This document shows positions 1 through 8,324 of a stretch of DNA of 64,000 nt, piece after piece; position 1 is the first letter of the stretch, and the number at the start of each line of letters is the position of its first letter. The notes beneath the pieces are model-generated. The model did no database searches. It was given only the letters and a program-made list of their open reading frames with translations, and was not told the DNA's origin. This stretch comes from an uncultured Actinomycetes bacterium. Lineage in GTDB: Bacteria > Actinomycetota > Thermoleophilia > Gaiellales > JAICJC01. The DNA lies in the NCBI GenBank assembly GCA_963757605.1, contig CAVWSF010000001.1, positions 25,531-89,530 of the forward strand, read 5' to 3'. Position numbers and translations under genes: made by a program.

Positions 1-1
1 C

Positions 2-1084
2 GGCGCGATCGGCACCGGCGACCGATGGAAGAAGTACGACCTGATCGGCAAGGCGAAGCTGTGGTTCGCGATCTCCGGCGTGGTCCTCGTCATCGGCGCG
101 ATCGCGATCGCCACGACGGGCCTCAACGAGGGCATCGACTTCACCGGAGGGTCGAAGCTCGACTTCAGCACCAGGAAGGCGGCGACCGTCGCCCAGGTGG
201 CGAACGCCGCCACCACCGCCGGCGTCTCGGACCCGGTGGTGAAGGGGCTCACCTCGACGAACAACGCGCAGGGCAACACGTTCACGCGCTTCGAGGTCGA
301 GTCGCACTTCCTCACCACCTCGCAGTCGAACCGGCTCCAGACCGAGCTGGCGTCGGAGTTCGGCGTCAAGCCGCCGATCGACTCGCGCAGCGTCAGCTCC
401 TCGTTCGGCCAGTCGGTGCTGAACTCGGCCTACCTGGCGATCCTCTTCTCGCTCGTGGCGATCTTCCTCTACGTCTCGTTCCGGTTCGAGTGGAAGTACG
501 CCCTGCCGGTCATGATCGCGCTGGGGCACGACATCCTGCTCACGATCGGCATCTACGCCGTCTCCGGGAGGACGGTCACGGCAGACACCGTCGCCGCGGT
601 CCTGACCGTGCTCGGCTACTCGATGTACGACACCGTGATCGTGTTCGACCGGGTGCGCGAGAACGTCCCCATCCTGCGCCGTATGACCGCCAGCAAGATC
701 GTGAACGAGTCGCTGGCCGAGACGATCACGCGGTCGCTGAACACCTCGCTCGTGACGCTCATCCCCGTCGTCCTGCTCTTCGCGTTCGGCTCCGGATCGC
801 TCAAGGACTTCGCGTTCGCCCTCATCATCGGCATCGCGTCGGGCGCGTACTCGTCGATCTTCATCGCCGCGCCGATCCTCGCGATTCTCATGGAGCGCGA
901 GCCGGGGTTCCAGAAGCGGCGCGCCGATCTCGCCAAGTCGGGCGAGCTCGAGCCCGCCGCGAAACCGGCGGCCGCGGCCGCCCCCGTGCCGGTCGCCGCC
1001 GATCCGGGCGACGGCGCCCCGCCGCCGGCACCGGCGCCGCCCACCCGAAGGCGCCGCCGCCGCGCCCACGGGCGCGCGCGCTGA
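2..1084 (+). CDS. secF: Protein translocase subunit SecF (5' end at or just beyond the window edge)
   Basis: Frame 2 is open from nt 2 (GAIGTGDRWKKYDLIGKAKLWFAISGVVLVIG...). It contains GLNEGIDFTGGSKL, the SecD/F membrane core (YSMYDTVIVFDRVRENV) and a Pro/Ala/Arg-rich tail. Confidence 0.85.
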   Translation, partial: GAIGTGDRWKKYDLIGKAKLWFAISGVVLVIGAIAIATTGLNEGIDFTGGSKLDFSTRKAATVAQVANAATTAGVSDPVVKGLTSTNNAQGNTFTRFEVESHFLTTSQSNRLQTELASEFGVKPPIDSRSVSSSFGQSVLNSAYLAILFSLVAIFLYVSFRFEWKYALPVMIALGHDILLTIGIYAVSGRTVTADTVAAVLTVLGYSMYDTVIVFDRVRENVPILRRMTASKIVNESLAETITRSLNTSLVTLIPVVLLFAFGSGSLKDFAFALIIGIASGAYSSIFIAAPILAILMEREPGFQKRRADLAKSGELEPAAKPAAAAAPVPVAADPGDGAPPPAPAPPTRRRRRRAHGRAR

Positions 1085-1148
1085 CCGCGTTAGGCGCTAG
1101 CGCGTTCCCGTCAAGTTTCGGACGGACCGGCCGATATCTCGAATACCC

Positions 1149-2276
1149 ATGCGTGCCGGGAGAGTTCCTGCTGAGCGCCGTTTTTCGGATTTGATCGCCG
1201 TTATCAAGGCGACCGGTGCACTGCGGTCCGCGGGAGATGCCAGCGAGGCAATGGCGATCTTCGCCCGCGAGCTGACGCTCCTCTTCGACGCGTCGGCGTG
1301 CCTGATCTCGACCTTCAACCCGAAAACGCAGATGGTGACCGACTGGGCGGCGCACGTCATCCCGCCGGCGACGCTGAACATCGCCGCCGAGGACTACCCG
1401 CTCGACGACTACCCGACGACGAAGCGGGTGGTCACCGAGCTCGTCGAGCGGTCGACCACGATCGGCGACGGCGGCGACCCGGCCGAGCATGCCTTCCTCG
1501 AGGACATCGGCTTCCAGGCCAACCTACTCGCGCCGCTCGTCATGGGGACGCACGCCCGCGGCCTCATCGAGCTGCTCGACACGCGCCGGCGCGTGTTCAC
1601 CGCCGAGGAGCGCCAGTTCTGCCGGCTCCTGGCAGACCAGGCCGGCATCGTCCTCGGGGCTGCCCAGATGGCCGATGCGCTCGAGGAGCAGCACGTCGCC
1701 ACCGTGGCCGCGCTCGCGGCCGCCCTCGAGGCGAAAGATGCCTACACCGGCGGGCATGCCCAGACGATCGCCGACTTCGCCGTCCACGTCGGCGAGGAGC
1801 TCGGCCTCTCCGGCCGCGAGCTGAAGGCGGTGAAGATGGGCGCGCTCCTGCACGACGTCGGCAAGATCGGGATCCCCGAGGCCATCCTGAACAAGCCCGG
1901 GCCGCTGACCGACGCGGAGTTCACGGTGATGAAGCGCCACACCGTGATAGGCGCGGACATCATCGCCGGCATCCCGGGGATGGACGAGGTCGTCGCGCTG
2001 GTGCGCTCCTCCCACGAGCGCTGGGACGGGCGCGGCTACCCCGACGGGCTCTGCGGCGCGGACGTCCCGCGCGGCGCCTACGTGATCGCGGTGTGCGACG
2101 CCTACCACGCGATGACCGAGGATCGCGTCTACCGCAAGGCGATGTCGGTCGAGGGCGCGCTCGCCGAGCTGCGCCGCTGCACGGGCACCCAGTTCATGCC
2201 CGCGGCGGTCGAGGCGCTCGAGGCCGTCGTGGCCCGCGGCGGCCGCCGCCGCGTGCGCTTCACCGACGCCGCGTAG
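1149..2276 (+). CDS. GAF domain / HD-GYP domain protein (likely c-di-GMP phosphodiesterase)
   Basis: The C-terminal half has HDVGKIGIPEAILNKPGPLTDAEF...MKRHT...SSHERWDGRGYPDGL, the HD and GYP signatures. The N-terminal ~170 aa look like a GAF domain. Confidence 0.85.
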   Translation: MRAGRVPAERRFSDLIAVIKATGALRSAGDASEAMAIFARELTLLFDASACLISTFNPKTQMVTDWAAHVIPPATLNIAAEDYPLDDYPTTKRVVTELVERSTTIGDGGDPAEHAFLEDIGFQANLLAPLVMGTHARGLIELLDTRRRVFTAEERQFCRLLADQAGIVLGAAQMADALEEQHVATVAALAAALEAKDAYTGGHAQTIADFAVHVGEELGLSGRELKAVKMGALLHDVGKIGIPEAILNKPGPLTDAEFTVMKRHTVIGADIIAGIPGMDEVVALVRSSHERWDGRGYPDGLCGADVPRGAYVIAVCDAYHAMTEDRVYRKAMSVEGALAELRRCTGTQFMPAAVEALEAVVARGGRRRVRFTDAA

Positions 2277-3563
2277 TCAACCGCCCAGCCCGACCGCCTC
2301 GGCGGCCGTGCACAGCCGCCCGCCGCGCTCGCGCACCCATCCCAGCAGGCGGTCGTAGACCCGGTCCCAGCCGCGCGCGTAGGCCGGCTCGAAGCGGTCG
2401 TTGTGCCACAGGACCGAGACGGTGCCGCCCGCCCGGGCCGCCCGCTCGAGGACGGCCGCGGCGCGGTCGAGCCCGGCCTCGGCCGAGAGCCCCAGATAGC
2501 GCTCCTCCGCGAGCGTGGCGTCCATCACGACGAGCGGCAGCTCGAGCAGCGCGAGCGGCCGGTCGGCAGCGACGTTGTAAGGCCGGTACGGGAAGGAGAG
2601 CCCGGCCCGCATGCCGGGCCGGTCGGCGTAGCCGTGGCTCGAGTCGTACGCGAAGCCGAGCCGGTCGAGCTCCGGCAGCGTGGCGTGGGCGTCGTGGCGC
2701 AGGTAGTGGAAGCGCACGCCCCGGATCGCCTGGCCCGCCAGCGACTCCAGCCGCTCGCGCTCCTCGGCGATGAGCGAGAGCCGCTCGGATGCGGTGTAGC
2801 TCGGATGCAGCGCGAGCTCGTCGCCCTGGGCCAGGACCCGCGTGACGACCGCCGGCCGCACGCGGTCGTAGACGCCGGGCGCCGCGCCGTCTGCGGGATG
2901 GTGGTGGCCGGCGAGCACGAAGTAGGTCGACCGGCCGTCGTGCGAGCGCTCGATCTCGACGATCCGCTCGAAGGACCAGTTGGGGTCGGTGCCGCGCGCC
3001 CGGTGGCGGGGGAGGCCGGCCAGCCCGCGCAGCTCGCGGGCCAGCTCCTTCGGCCGGCGGTCGAGGGCGGCCGACTTGGCCCGCGCCGCCGCGCCGGAGA
3101 CGGCGCGCACGCCGCTCCAGCGCCACGGCGTGTCGATGTCGTGGGAGAGGGCGACGGTGAGCGGGCCCGGGGGCCGGGCGCCGGCCATCTCGCGGAACCG
3201 CTCCACCAGCCGGTCGGCCGCCGCCTGCTCGGGGTCGAACAGCGCCGCAGAGGCCGGGAAGCGGCCGCGCTCGTCGCGCGCCGAGCCGGATCGCTCCTCC
3301 CATCGCGAGAGGTGCCAGAAGGCGCTCATCACCAGGTCAGCCACGCCGTCGCCGAAGTCGACGAGGCCGTCCTCGCCGGCCCCCGGCGCCGGAGCGTCCT
3401 CGCCCGCGAAGAGCCGCCAGGCCGCCTCGGAGGCCGGGAGCGCCGATGAGGGATAGGTCGCCGCGGCCGAGGAGCCGACGATGCGCGCCAGCTCCTCGAG
3501 CGCGTAGGTGGCCTTGCCGGCGACGGCCGCGGGCGCGTCGACGGCGATCGCGCCTGCGGTCAC
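2277..3563 (-). CDS. Divergent polysaccharide deacetylase (NodB-homology)-like protein
   Basis: Motifs LSHDIDTPWRW, STYFVLAGHH, ELALHPSY, RFHYLRHD and GFAYDSSHGY fit this family. I set the start at GTG 3563, which overlaps the comA TGA as GTGA. The 537-aa ORF upstream of that is Arg-rich shadow. Confidence 0.6.
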   Translation of the reverse strand: MTAGAIAVDAPAAVAGKATYALEELARIVGSSAAATYPSSALPASEAAWRLFAGEDAPAPGAGEDGLVDFGDGVADLVMSAFWHLSRWEERSGSARDERGRFPASAALFDPEQAAADRLVERFREMAGARPPGPLTVALSHDIDTPWRWSGVRAVSGAAARAKSAALDRRPKELARELRGLAGLPRHRARGTDPNWSFERIVEIERSHDGRSTYFVLAGHHHPADGAAPGVYDRVRPAVVTRVLAQGDELALHPSYTASERLSLIAEERERLESLAGQAIRGVRFHYLRHDAHATLPELDRLGFAYDSSHGYADRPGMRAGLSFPYRPYNVAADRPLALLELPLVVMDATLAEERYLGLSAEAGLDRAAAVLERAARAGGTVSVLWHNDRFEPAYARGWDRVYDRLLGWVRERGGRLCTAAEAVGLGG

Positions 3564-4333
3564 ACGTGCGGCAGGTCGCGGAGCAGGAGGTCGATCATGG
3601 TGTCGGAGCGCAGGCCGAGCCGCAGCGTCTCGAGCGGGATCACCTCGGCGGGAGCGATGTTGCCGAGGTTGACGTCGGCTCCGAAGTGCTTGATGAACCA
3701 GGCCTGCTGCTCCTTCTGAGGCGCCTCGAAGAGCAGCTTTCCGATGGGCACCTCGTGCACGATCTCGTCGATCAGGCCCGAGCGCACCTCGCCCGTCTGG
3801 CGGTAGATGCCCGACGTCCCCGACTCGCGCGCCTCGGTGATCACCATGAACGCGCCGGCCTCGAGCTCCTCCTTGATCCACGCCACCCACTGGTACGGCG
3901 CGTAGATCCGCTCCGAGTCCTTCGTGCCGACCTCCGAGAGGACGACGAAGTCCTTGGCGAGCGACTCGATCAGCTCGACCTTGCGGCCGCGCTCGAGGTC
4001 GATGGTGCCGTCCGAGACCTCGATGTGGGTGAACCCCTGCTCGGACGTCCAGCGCCGGAACTCCTCCAGCCGGTCGCGGGCGATGGCTGCCTCGAGCAGC
4101 GTCCCCCCGCAGACGATCGGGATGCCCGCCTCGCGGTAGAGGCGCAGCTTCTCGGCCAGGTTGGGGGTGACGTAGGACGTGCCCCAGCCGAGCTTCACGA
4201 TGTCGATGTAGTCGCCGGCGAGGTCGAGGATGCCGCCCACCTCGGGCAGGGTGAGGCCCTTGTCGATGACGTGCGTCCAGCCCCGGTCGCGCGGCTTTCC
4301 GGGGCGGCTCGGCAGGCCGAGGAATTCTTGCAT
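3560..4333 (-). CDS. comA: (2R)-phospho-3-sulfolactate synthase (ComA family)
   Basis: MQEFLGLPSRPGKPRDRGWTHVIDKGL...DYIDIVKLGWGTSYV...GIPIVCGGTLLE...FTHIEVSDGTIDL...EVGTKD is colinear with ComA/YitD. The start is ATG 4333, 2 nt after the upstream stop. Confidence 0.85.
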   Translation of the reverse strand: MQEFLGLPSRPGKPRDRGWTHVIDKGLTLPEVGGILDLAGDYIDIVKLGWGTSYVTPNLAEKLRLYREAGIPIVCGGTLLEAAIARDRLEEFRRWTSEQGFTHIEVSDGTIDLERGRKVELIESLAKDFVVLSEVGTKDSERIYAPYQWVAWIKEELEAGAFMVITEARESGTSGIYRQTGEVRSGLIDEIVHEVPIGKLLFEAPQKEQQAWFIKHFGADVNLGNIAPAEVIPLETLRLGLRSDTMIDLLLRDLPHV

Positions 4334-4335
4334 GC

Positions 4336-4923
4336 CTAGATCTTTGCCGAGAGCGACTCGTCGATGCGGCGGCGGGCCTCCGCCTGGACGTCCTCGTAGA
4401 GGCTGCGGCCGTGCGAATCCATCGCGACGATGAGCGGCCCGAAGTCGCAGACCCGGAACCGCCACAGGCACTCCGGCATGAGGTCCTCCCATTCGACCTG
4501 CTCGATCTCGGCGATCTGGGTGGTCTGGAGCGCCGCGGCGCCGCCGACGATGGCCAGGTAGACGCCGCCGTGCTCCTGGAGCGGCGCGAGCGCCTCGGGC
4601 AGGAGCCCGCCCTTGCCCATGATCGCCCGGGCGCCGTGGTCGCGGATGAGCGGCTCGGTGAAGCGGCTCATGCGCGCGCTCGTGGTCGTCCCGATCGAGA
4701 GCGGCTCGTAGCGGCCGTCGGGGAGCTTGCGCACGTTGGGGGCCGTGTGCAGGAGCGCGGCCCCCGCGAGCGACATCGGCGGCTCCTGGCCTTGGTCGAA
4801 GATGCGGATCTGGGTCGCGTCGCGGATGCCGATGATGTGGCCCTGAATGGTGACGGTGTCGCCGGCCTCGAACCCGCGCACGGTCGCCTCGTCGGTCGGG
4901 AAGGTGACCTCGTGGTGGGCCAC
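4336..4923 (-). CDS. Fe-S class I fumarate hydratase / L(+)-tartrate dehydratase, beta subunit (C-terminal domain type)
   Basis: VAHHEVTFP...GDTVTIQGHIIGIRDATQIRIF...LLHTAPNVRK...IGTTTSARM...RAIMGKGG...YLAIVGGAAAL fits this family. The start is GTG 4923, directly after the alpha-subunit stop at 4926. Confidence 0.8.
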   Translation of the reverse strand: MAHHEVTFPTDEATVRGFEAGDTVTIQGHIIGIRDATQIRIFDQGQEPPMSLAGAALLHTAPNVRKLPDGRYEPLSIGTTTSARMSRFTEPLIRDHGARAIMGKGGLLPEALAPLQEHGGVYLAIVGGAAALQTTQIAEIEQVEWEDLMPECLWRFRVCDFGPLIVAMDSHGRSLYEDVQAEARRRIDESLSAKI

Positions 4924-4925
4924 CG

Positions 4926-5825
4926 CTAGGCGTCCCGGTCCAGAAGCACGTCGCCGTCGGCCGAGACGTGGGCAGTCGCCCGGCGCGCGGCCCAGCACTG
5001 GTAGTTCACGGCGACGGGGTTCAGGGTGATGTGGGTGTGGGCCTGCTCGACGTGCACCGAGAGCACGGTGGTGTCGCCGCCGAGCCCCATCGGGCCGACG
5101 CCGGTCTCGTTCAGGAGGTCGAACAGCTCCTGCTCGAGCCGGGCCACGTCGGGGTCGGGGTTGTGCGTGCCGACCGGGCGTGCGATCGCCTCCTTGGCGA
5201 GGTGCATGGCGAGGTCGGCCGAGCCGCCGATCCCGACGCCGACGATCCCCGGCGGGCAGGGCTTCCCGCCGGCGCCGACGACCGCGTCGAGCACGAACCG
5301 CTTGATCGCCTTCACGCCGTCGGCCGGGACGAGCATCTTCAGGAAGCTCATGTTCTCGGAGCCGGAGCCCTTCGGCACGCACTTGATGTCGAGCCCGTCC
5401 CAGTCGGGCACGAACTCCCAGTGAACGTGGGGGATGCGATGCCCGGTGTTGTCGCCCGTGGGCTTGCGCGTGAGCGTGTGGACGGTGTTCGAGCGCAGGG
5501 GATGGTCGAGCGTCGCCCGTCGCGTCCCCTCGCGCAGCGCCTCCTCGATCCGGGCCGGGTGAAGCGGAAAGCGCTCGCCGACCCGGGCGTAGTAGACGGC
5601 GATGCCGGTGTCCTGGCAGACCAGGCGCTTGCCCTCGTCGGCGACGGCGACGTTGGTGTGGATGGTCTCGAGGATGCGGCGGCCCACCTGGTGGGTCTCG
5701 CGCTCGAGCGCGGCGCCGAGCGCGTCTCTGAGGTCGCTGGGGATGTCCTTGAGCGACCAGACGTAGAGCTCCGCCGCCGCATCCTCGACAGCCCGGCGAA
5801 GCGTGGTCTCGATGGTGGCGCTCAT
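4926..5825 (-). CDS. Fe-S class I fumarate hydratase / tartrate dehydratase, alpha subunit
   Basis: Contains LVCQDTGIAVYY, HPLRSNTV, KCVPKGSGSENMS and KPCPPGIVGVGIGGSADL, the Cys-ligand motifs of the Fumerase N-terminal domain. Confidence 0.85.
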   Translation of the reverse strand: MSATIETTLRRAVEDAAAELYVWSLKDIPSDLRDALGAALERETHQVGRRILETIHTNVAVADEGKRLVCQDTGIAVYYARVGERFPLHPARIEEALREGTRRATLDHPLRSNTVHTLTRKPTGDNTGHRIPHVHWEFVPDWDGLDIKCVPKGSGSENMSFLKMLVPADGVKAIKRFVLDAVVGAGGKPCPPGIVGVGIGGSADLAMHLAKEAIARPVGTHNPDPDVARLEQELFDLLNETGVGPMGLGGDTTVLSVHVEQAHTHITLNPVAVNYQCWAARRATAHVSADGDVLLDRDA

Positions 5826-5834
5826 GGCGTCCCC

Positions 5835-7040
5835 TCAGCCCGCCGCGGCGGCGGCCGCGCGCCCGGCTCGGCGGCCGTAGACCGCGCAGTCGAGCAGCGA
5901 GTTCCCCATCATCCGGTTTCGGCCATGGACACCGCCCGTGATCTCGCCGGCCGCGAAGATCCCGGGGACGGTCGTCTGGCCGTCGGCGTCGATGACGAGC
6001 CCGCCGTTCTGGTAGTGGAGCACGGGGTAGGTCAGGATCGGCTCGGCCAGCGGGTCGATGCCGGCAGCCCGGTAGCGGCGCAGCATGTACGGGATCACCT
6101 CGGCCGCGATGTCGGGGTCGATGCGAGTGGTGTCGAGCAGGACGGCCGGGCGGCCGTCGGGCGTCTCGAGCCCCCGGCCCTCGTCGCACTCGCGCACGAT
6201 CGCGGCGGCGACGGTGTCGCGCGGGGCCAGCTCGTCGACGAACCGCTCGCCGGCGCTGTTCAGCAGGAGCGCGCCGTAGGCGCGGGTGGTCTCGGGGATC
6301 GAGTAGCCCTGGAGCGGCGGCGGCCACACGCCGCCGTTGGGATGGTGCTGGAGGGCGTCGAAGTCGCGCACCTCGGCGCCGAGGGCACGGGCCAGCTCGG
6401 TCGCCTCGCCGGTCGCGCCGGGCTGGTTGGTGGTGAGGATGCCGGCCCGGCGGGCCTCGGCGTAGCAGCGCCCACCTGCCGCCAGGATGACGGCGCCCGC
6501 CTCGACGCGGACGCGCTCGCCGCCCTGCTCCAGCTCGACGTCGAAGTGGCCGTTCGTGCGCTCGAGCTCGGCGAGCGCCGTGTGGTCGTGGATGCGGCCG
6601 CCGTCGGCGTCGAGCGCTTTCCGCAGTGCCGTCGCGATCGCGTGCCCGGTGCGGTCACCCACCTGGAGCAGCCGCCGCCGCGATGCGCCGCCGCAGCGGG
6701 CGAGCCGGTAGCCCTCGCCCTCGCGCGAGAAGGCGACGCCGAGCTCCTCGAGCCAGGCGATCGCGCCCGGCGCCTCGTCGGCGAGGACGCCCGCCAGCGC
6801 CGGGTCGGCGGTGTCGTGCGAGGACGCGACGATGTCGGCCGCGTGCTGCTCGGGAGAGTCGTCGTCGCCCATGGCGGCCTGGATCCCGCCCTGGGCCTTG
6901 GCGGTGTTGCAGGACGCCTTGGAGCCCTTGGTGACGTGCAGGACGTCGGCCCCGGACCGGCGCGCCGACCAGGCCGCCGAGAGGCCCGCTCCGCCCGCTC
7001 CGACAACGAGCACATCCGTCGTCCTGCAAAGGTCTGGCAC
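5835..7040 (-). CDS. FAD-dependent oxidoreductase, fumarate reductase/succinate dehydrogenase/L-aspartate oxidase flavoprotein-like (short form)
   Basis: Has the DVLVVGAGGAGLSAA dinucleotide fold, TAKAQGGI, and the C-terminal PGIFAAGEITGGVHGRNRMMGNSLLDCAVYG. At 401 aa it has no capping C-terminal domain. GTG start. Confidence 0.75.
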   Translation of the reverse strand: MPDLCRTTDVLVVGAGGAGLSAAWSARRSGADVLHVTKGSKASCNTAKAQGGIQAAMGDDDSPEQHAADIVASSHDTADPALAGVLADEAPGAIAWLEELGVAFSREGEGYRLARCGGASRRRLLQVGDRTGHAIATALRKALDADGGRIHDHTALAELERTNGHFDVELEQGGERVRVEAGAVILAAGGRCYAEARRAGILTTNQPGATGEATELARALGAEVRDFDALQHHPNGGVWPPPLQGYSIPETTRAYGALLLNSAGERFVDELAPRDTVAAAIVRECDEGRGLETPDGRPAVLLDTTRIDPDIAAEVIPYMLRRYRAAGIDPLAEPILTYPVLHYQNGGLVIDADGQTTVPGIFAAGEITGGVHGRNRMMGNSLLDCAVYGRRAGRAAAAAAG

Positions 7041-7054
7041 GGCGCAAAGTCTAC

Positions 7055-8260
7055 GTGGATCGTGTAAGAACGGCGGCTGTGAGCGCCCTTTCCGAAACCG
7101 TCCGGCGCAAGCTCGCCTCCGCTGCGCAGTCGCCGCGGCCGGCGGCGCTCGTGTTCGAGTGCTCGTATGTGAACGGGCTCTCGGCGATCCGCTCGCTCGA
7201 GGCCATCGACGTCCCGGTCATCGCCCTCGACCACCGTCGCCAGGCCCTGGGCCTGCGTTCGCGCCTGGCGGTCCCCGTCGTCTGCCCGCACCCGCACGAG
7301 CGGCCCGAGGAGCTCGCCGCCCTCGTGGCCGAGATCTGCGAGGCGCTGCCCCACGGCGCGGTCGCGTTCCCGACGCACGACGAGTACCTGGTTGCCGTGA
7401 ACCGTGCCGCGCCGACGTCGCTACGGCTCCCGTTCGGGCCGCGGGAGCTGATCGAGCCGATCCAGGCGAAGCGGTTCCAGTACGACGCCGCCGCGCGAGC
7501 CGGGGTGATGCTCCCGGCCACGTTCCACCCGGCCGACGAGGATGCGGCCGTCCAGGCGGCCGCGATGCTGCGCTACCCGGCGGTGATGAAGCCGTCGGAG
7601 GGGGCGGGGTTCAAGCGCCGGCACGGGATCCCGCTCGTCGTCGCGAACACGCCCGACGAGCTGCTCGAGGCCTACCGGCTGGGCGCCGAGTTCGCCCCGA
7701 TGCTCCAGGAGCAGATCCCCGGCGGCGACGACACCCTGTGGACGGTCGGGAGCTACGTCGATCTCCATGGCGGCGTGCCCGGCATCTTCTGCGGCCGCAA
7801 GCTGCTTCAGGCGCCTGCCGGCGTCGGCACGTGCCGGGTGGGCGTCGCCGAGTGGGACGACGAGGCGGTCGACGGCGCCCGCCGCCTGCTCCACGCGCTC
7901 GGCTTCCACGGGATCTCCCAGGTCGAGTACAAGCGCGACCCCCGCGACGGCACGCTGCGCCTCATGGAGGTGAACGCCCGCCTGTGGCAGTGGCACTCGC
8001 TGGCGGCGGCCTGCGGCGTCGACCTGGTGCAGATGGCCTACCGGGATGCGATCGGCGACCCGGTCGCCGCCCGCACGAGCCGCGGCTCGGACGGCCGCCG
8101 GTGGGTGGCGCTCGTCCGGCACGTGCGCGAGAGCCGCCGCGAGCGGCTGGGCCTGCGCCGCACGCTCGCGCCGCTCCGGCCGCCGTTCACCGAGCCGGTC
8201 TTCTCGCTGCGCGACCCGATGCCCGCGATCCACCAACTGGTGGGCGCCCTCCGCTCCTGA
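7055..8260 (+). CDS. ATP-grasp domain protein (carboxylate-amine ligase type)
   Basis: NGLSAIRSLEAIDVPVIALD, YPAVMKPSEGAGFKRRHG, LQEQIPGGDD and QVEYKRDPRDGTLRLMEVNARLW fit an ATP-grasp fold. The exact start (7055-7140) is uncertain. Confidence 0.7.
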   Translation: MDRVRTAAVSALSETVRRKLASAAQSPRPAALVFECSYVNGLSAIRSLEAIDVPVIALDHRRQALGLRSRLAVPVVCPHPHERPEELAALVAEICEALPHGAVAFPTHDEYLVAVNRAAPTSLRLPFGPRELIEPIQAKRFQYDAAARAGVMLPATFHPADEDAAVQAAAMLRYPAVMKPSEGAGFKRRHGIPLVVANTPDELLEAYRLGAEFAPMLQEQIPGGDDTLWTVGSYVDLHGGVPGIFCGRKLLQAPAGVGTCRVGVAEWDDEAVDGARRLLHALGFHGISQVEYKRDPRDGTLRLMEVNARLWQWHSLAAACGVDLVQMAYRDAIGDPVAARTSRGSDGRRWVALVRHVRESRRERLGLRRTLAPLRPPFTEPVFSLRDPMPAIHQLVGALRS

Positions 8261-8316
8261 AAAATTGGGGTCAGACCCCAAATTTTCATCATGCAACAAT
8301 GGGGTCTGACCCAATG
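8261..8316. terminator. A/T-rich twin palindromes between convergent genes (probable bidirectional terminator)
   Basis: AAAATTGGGGTCAGACCCCAAATTTT (8261-8286) is followed by CAATGGGGTCTGACCCAATG (8297-8316). The core GGGGTC-N-GACCCC occurs in both orientations. Confidence 0.4.
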
Positions 8317-8324
8317 TTGTGCGG

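Noticed and set aside
1298-7067. Very long ORFs overlapping or antisense to annotated genes, for example 1298-2773 (+), 2260-3303 (-), 4968-7067 (+) and the upstream part of 4336-6327 (-).
   Set aside because: Their translations are Arg/Pro/Ala/Gly-rich low-complexity strings, typical of off-frame reading in high-G+C DNA. Each is explained by a recognisable gene in another frame.
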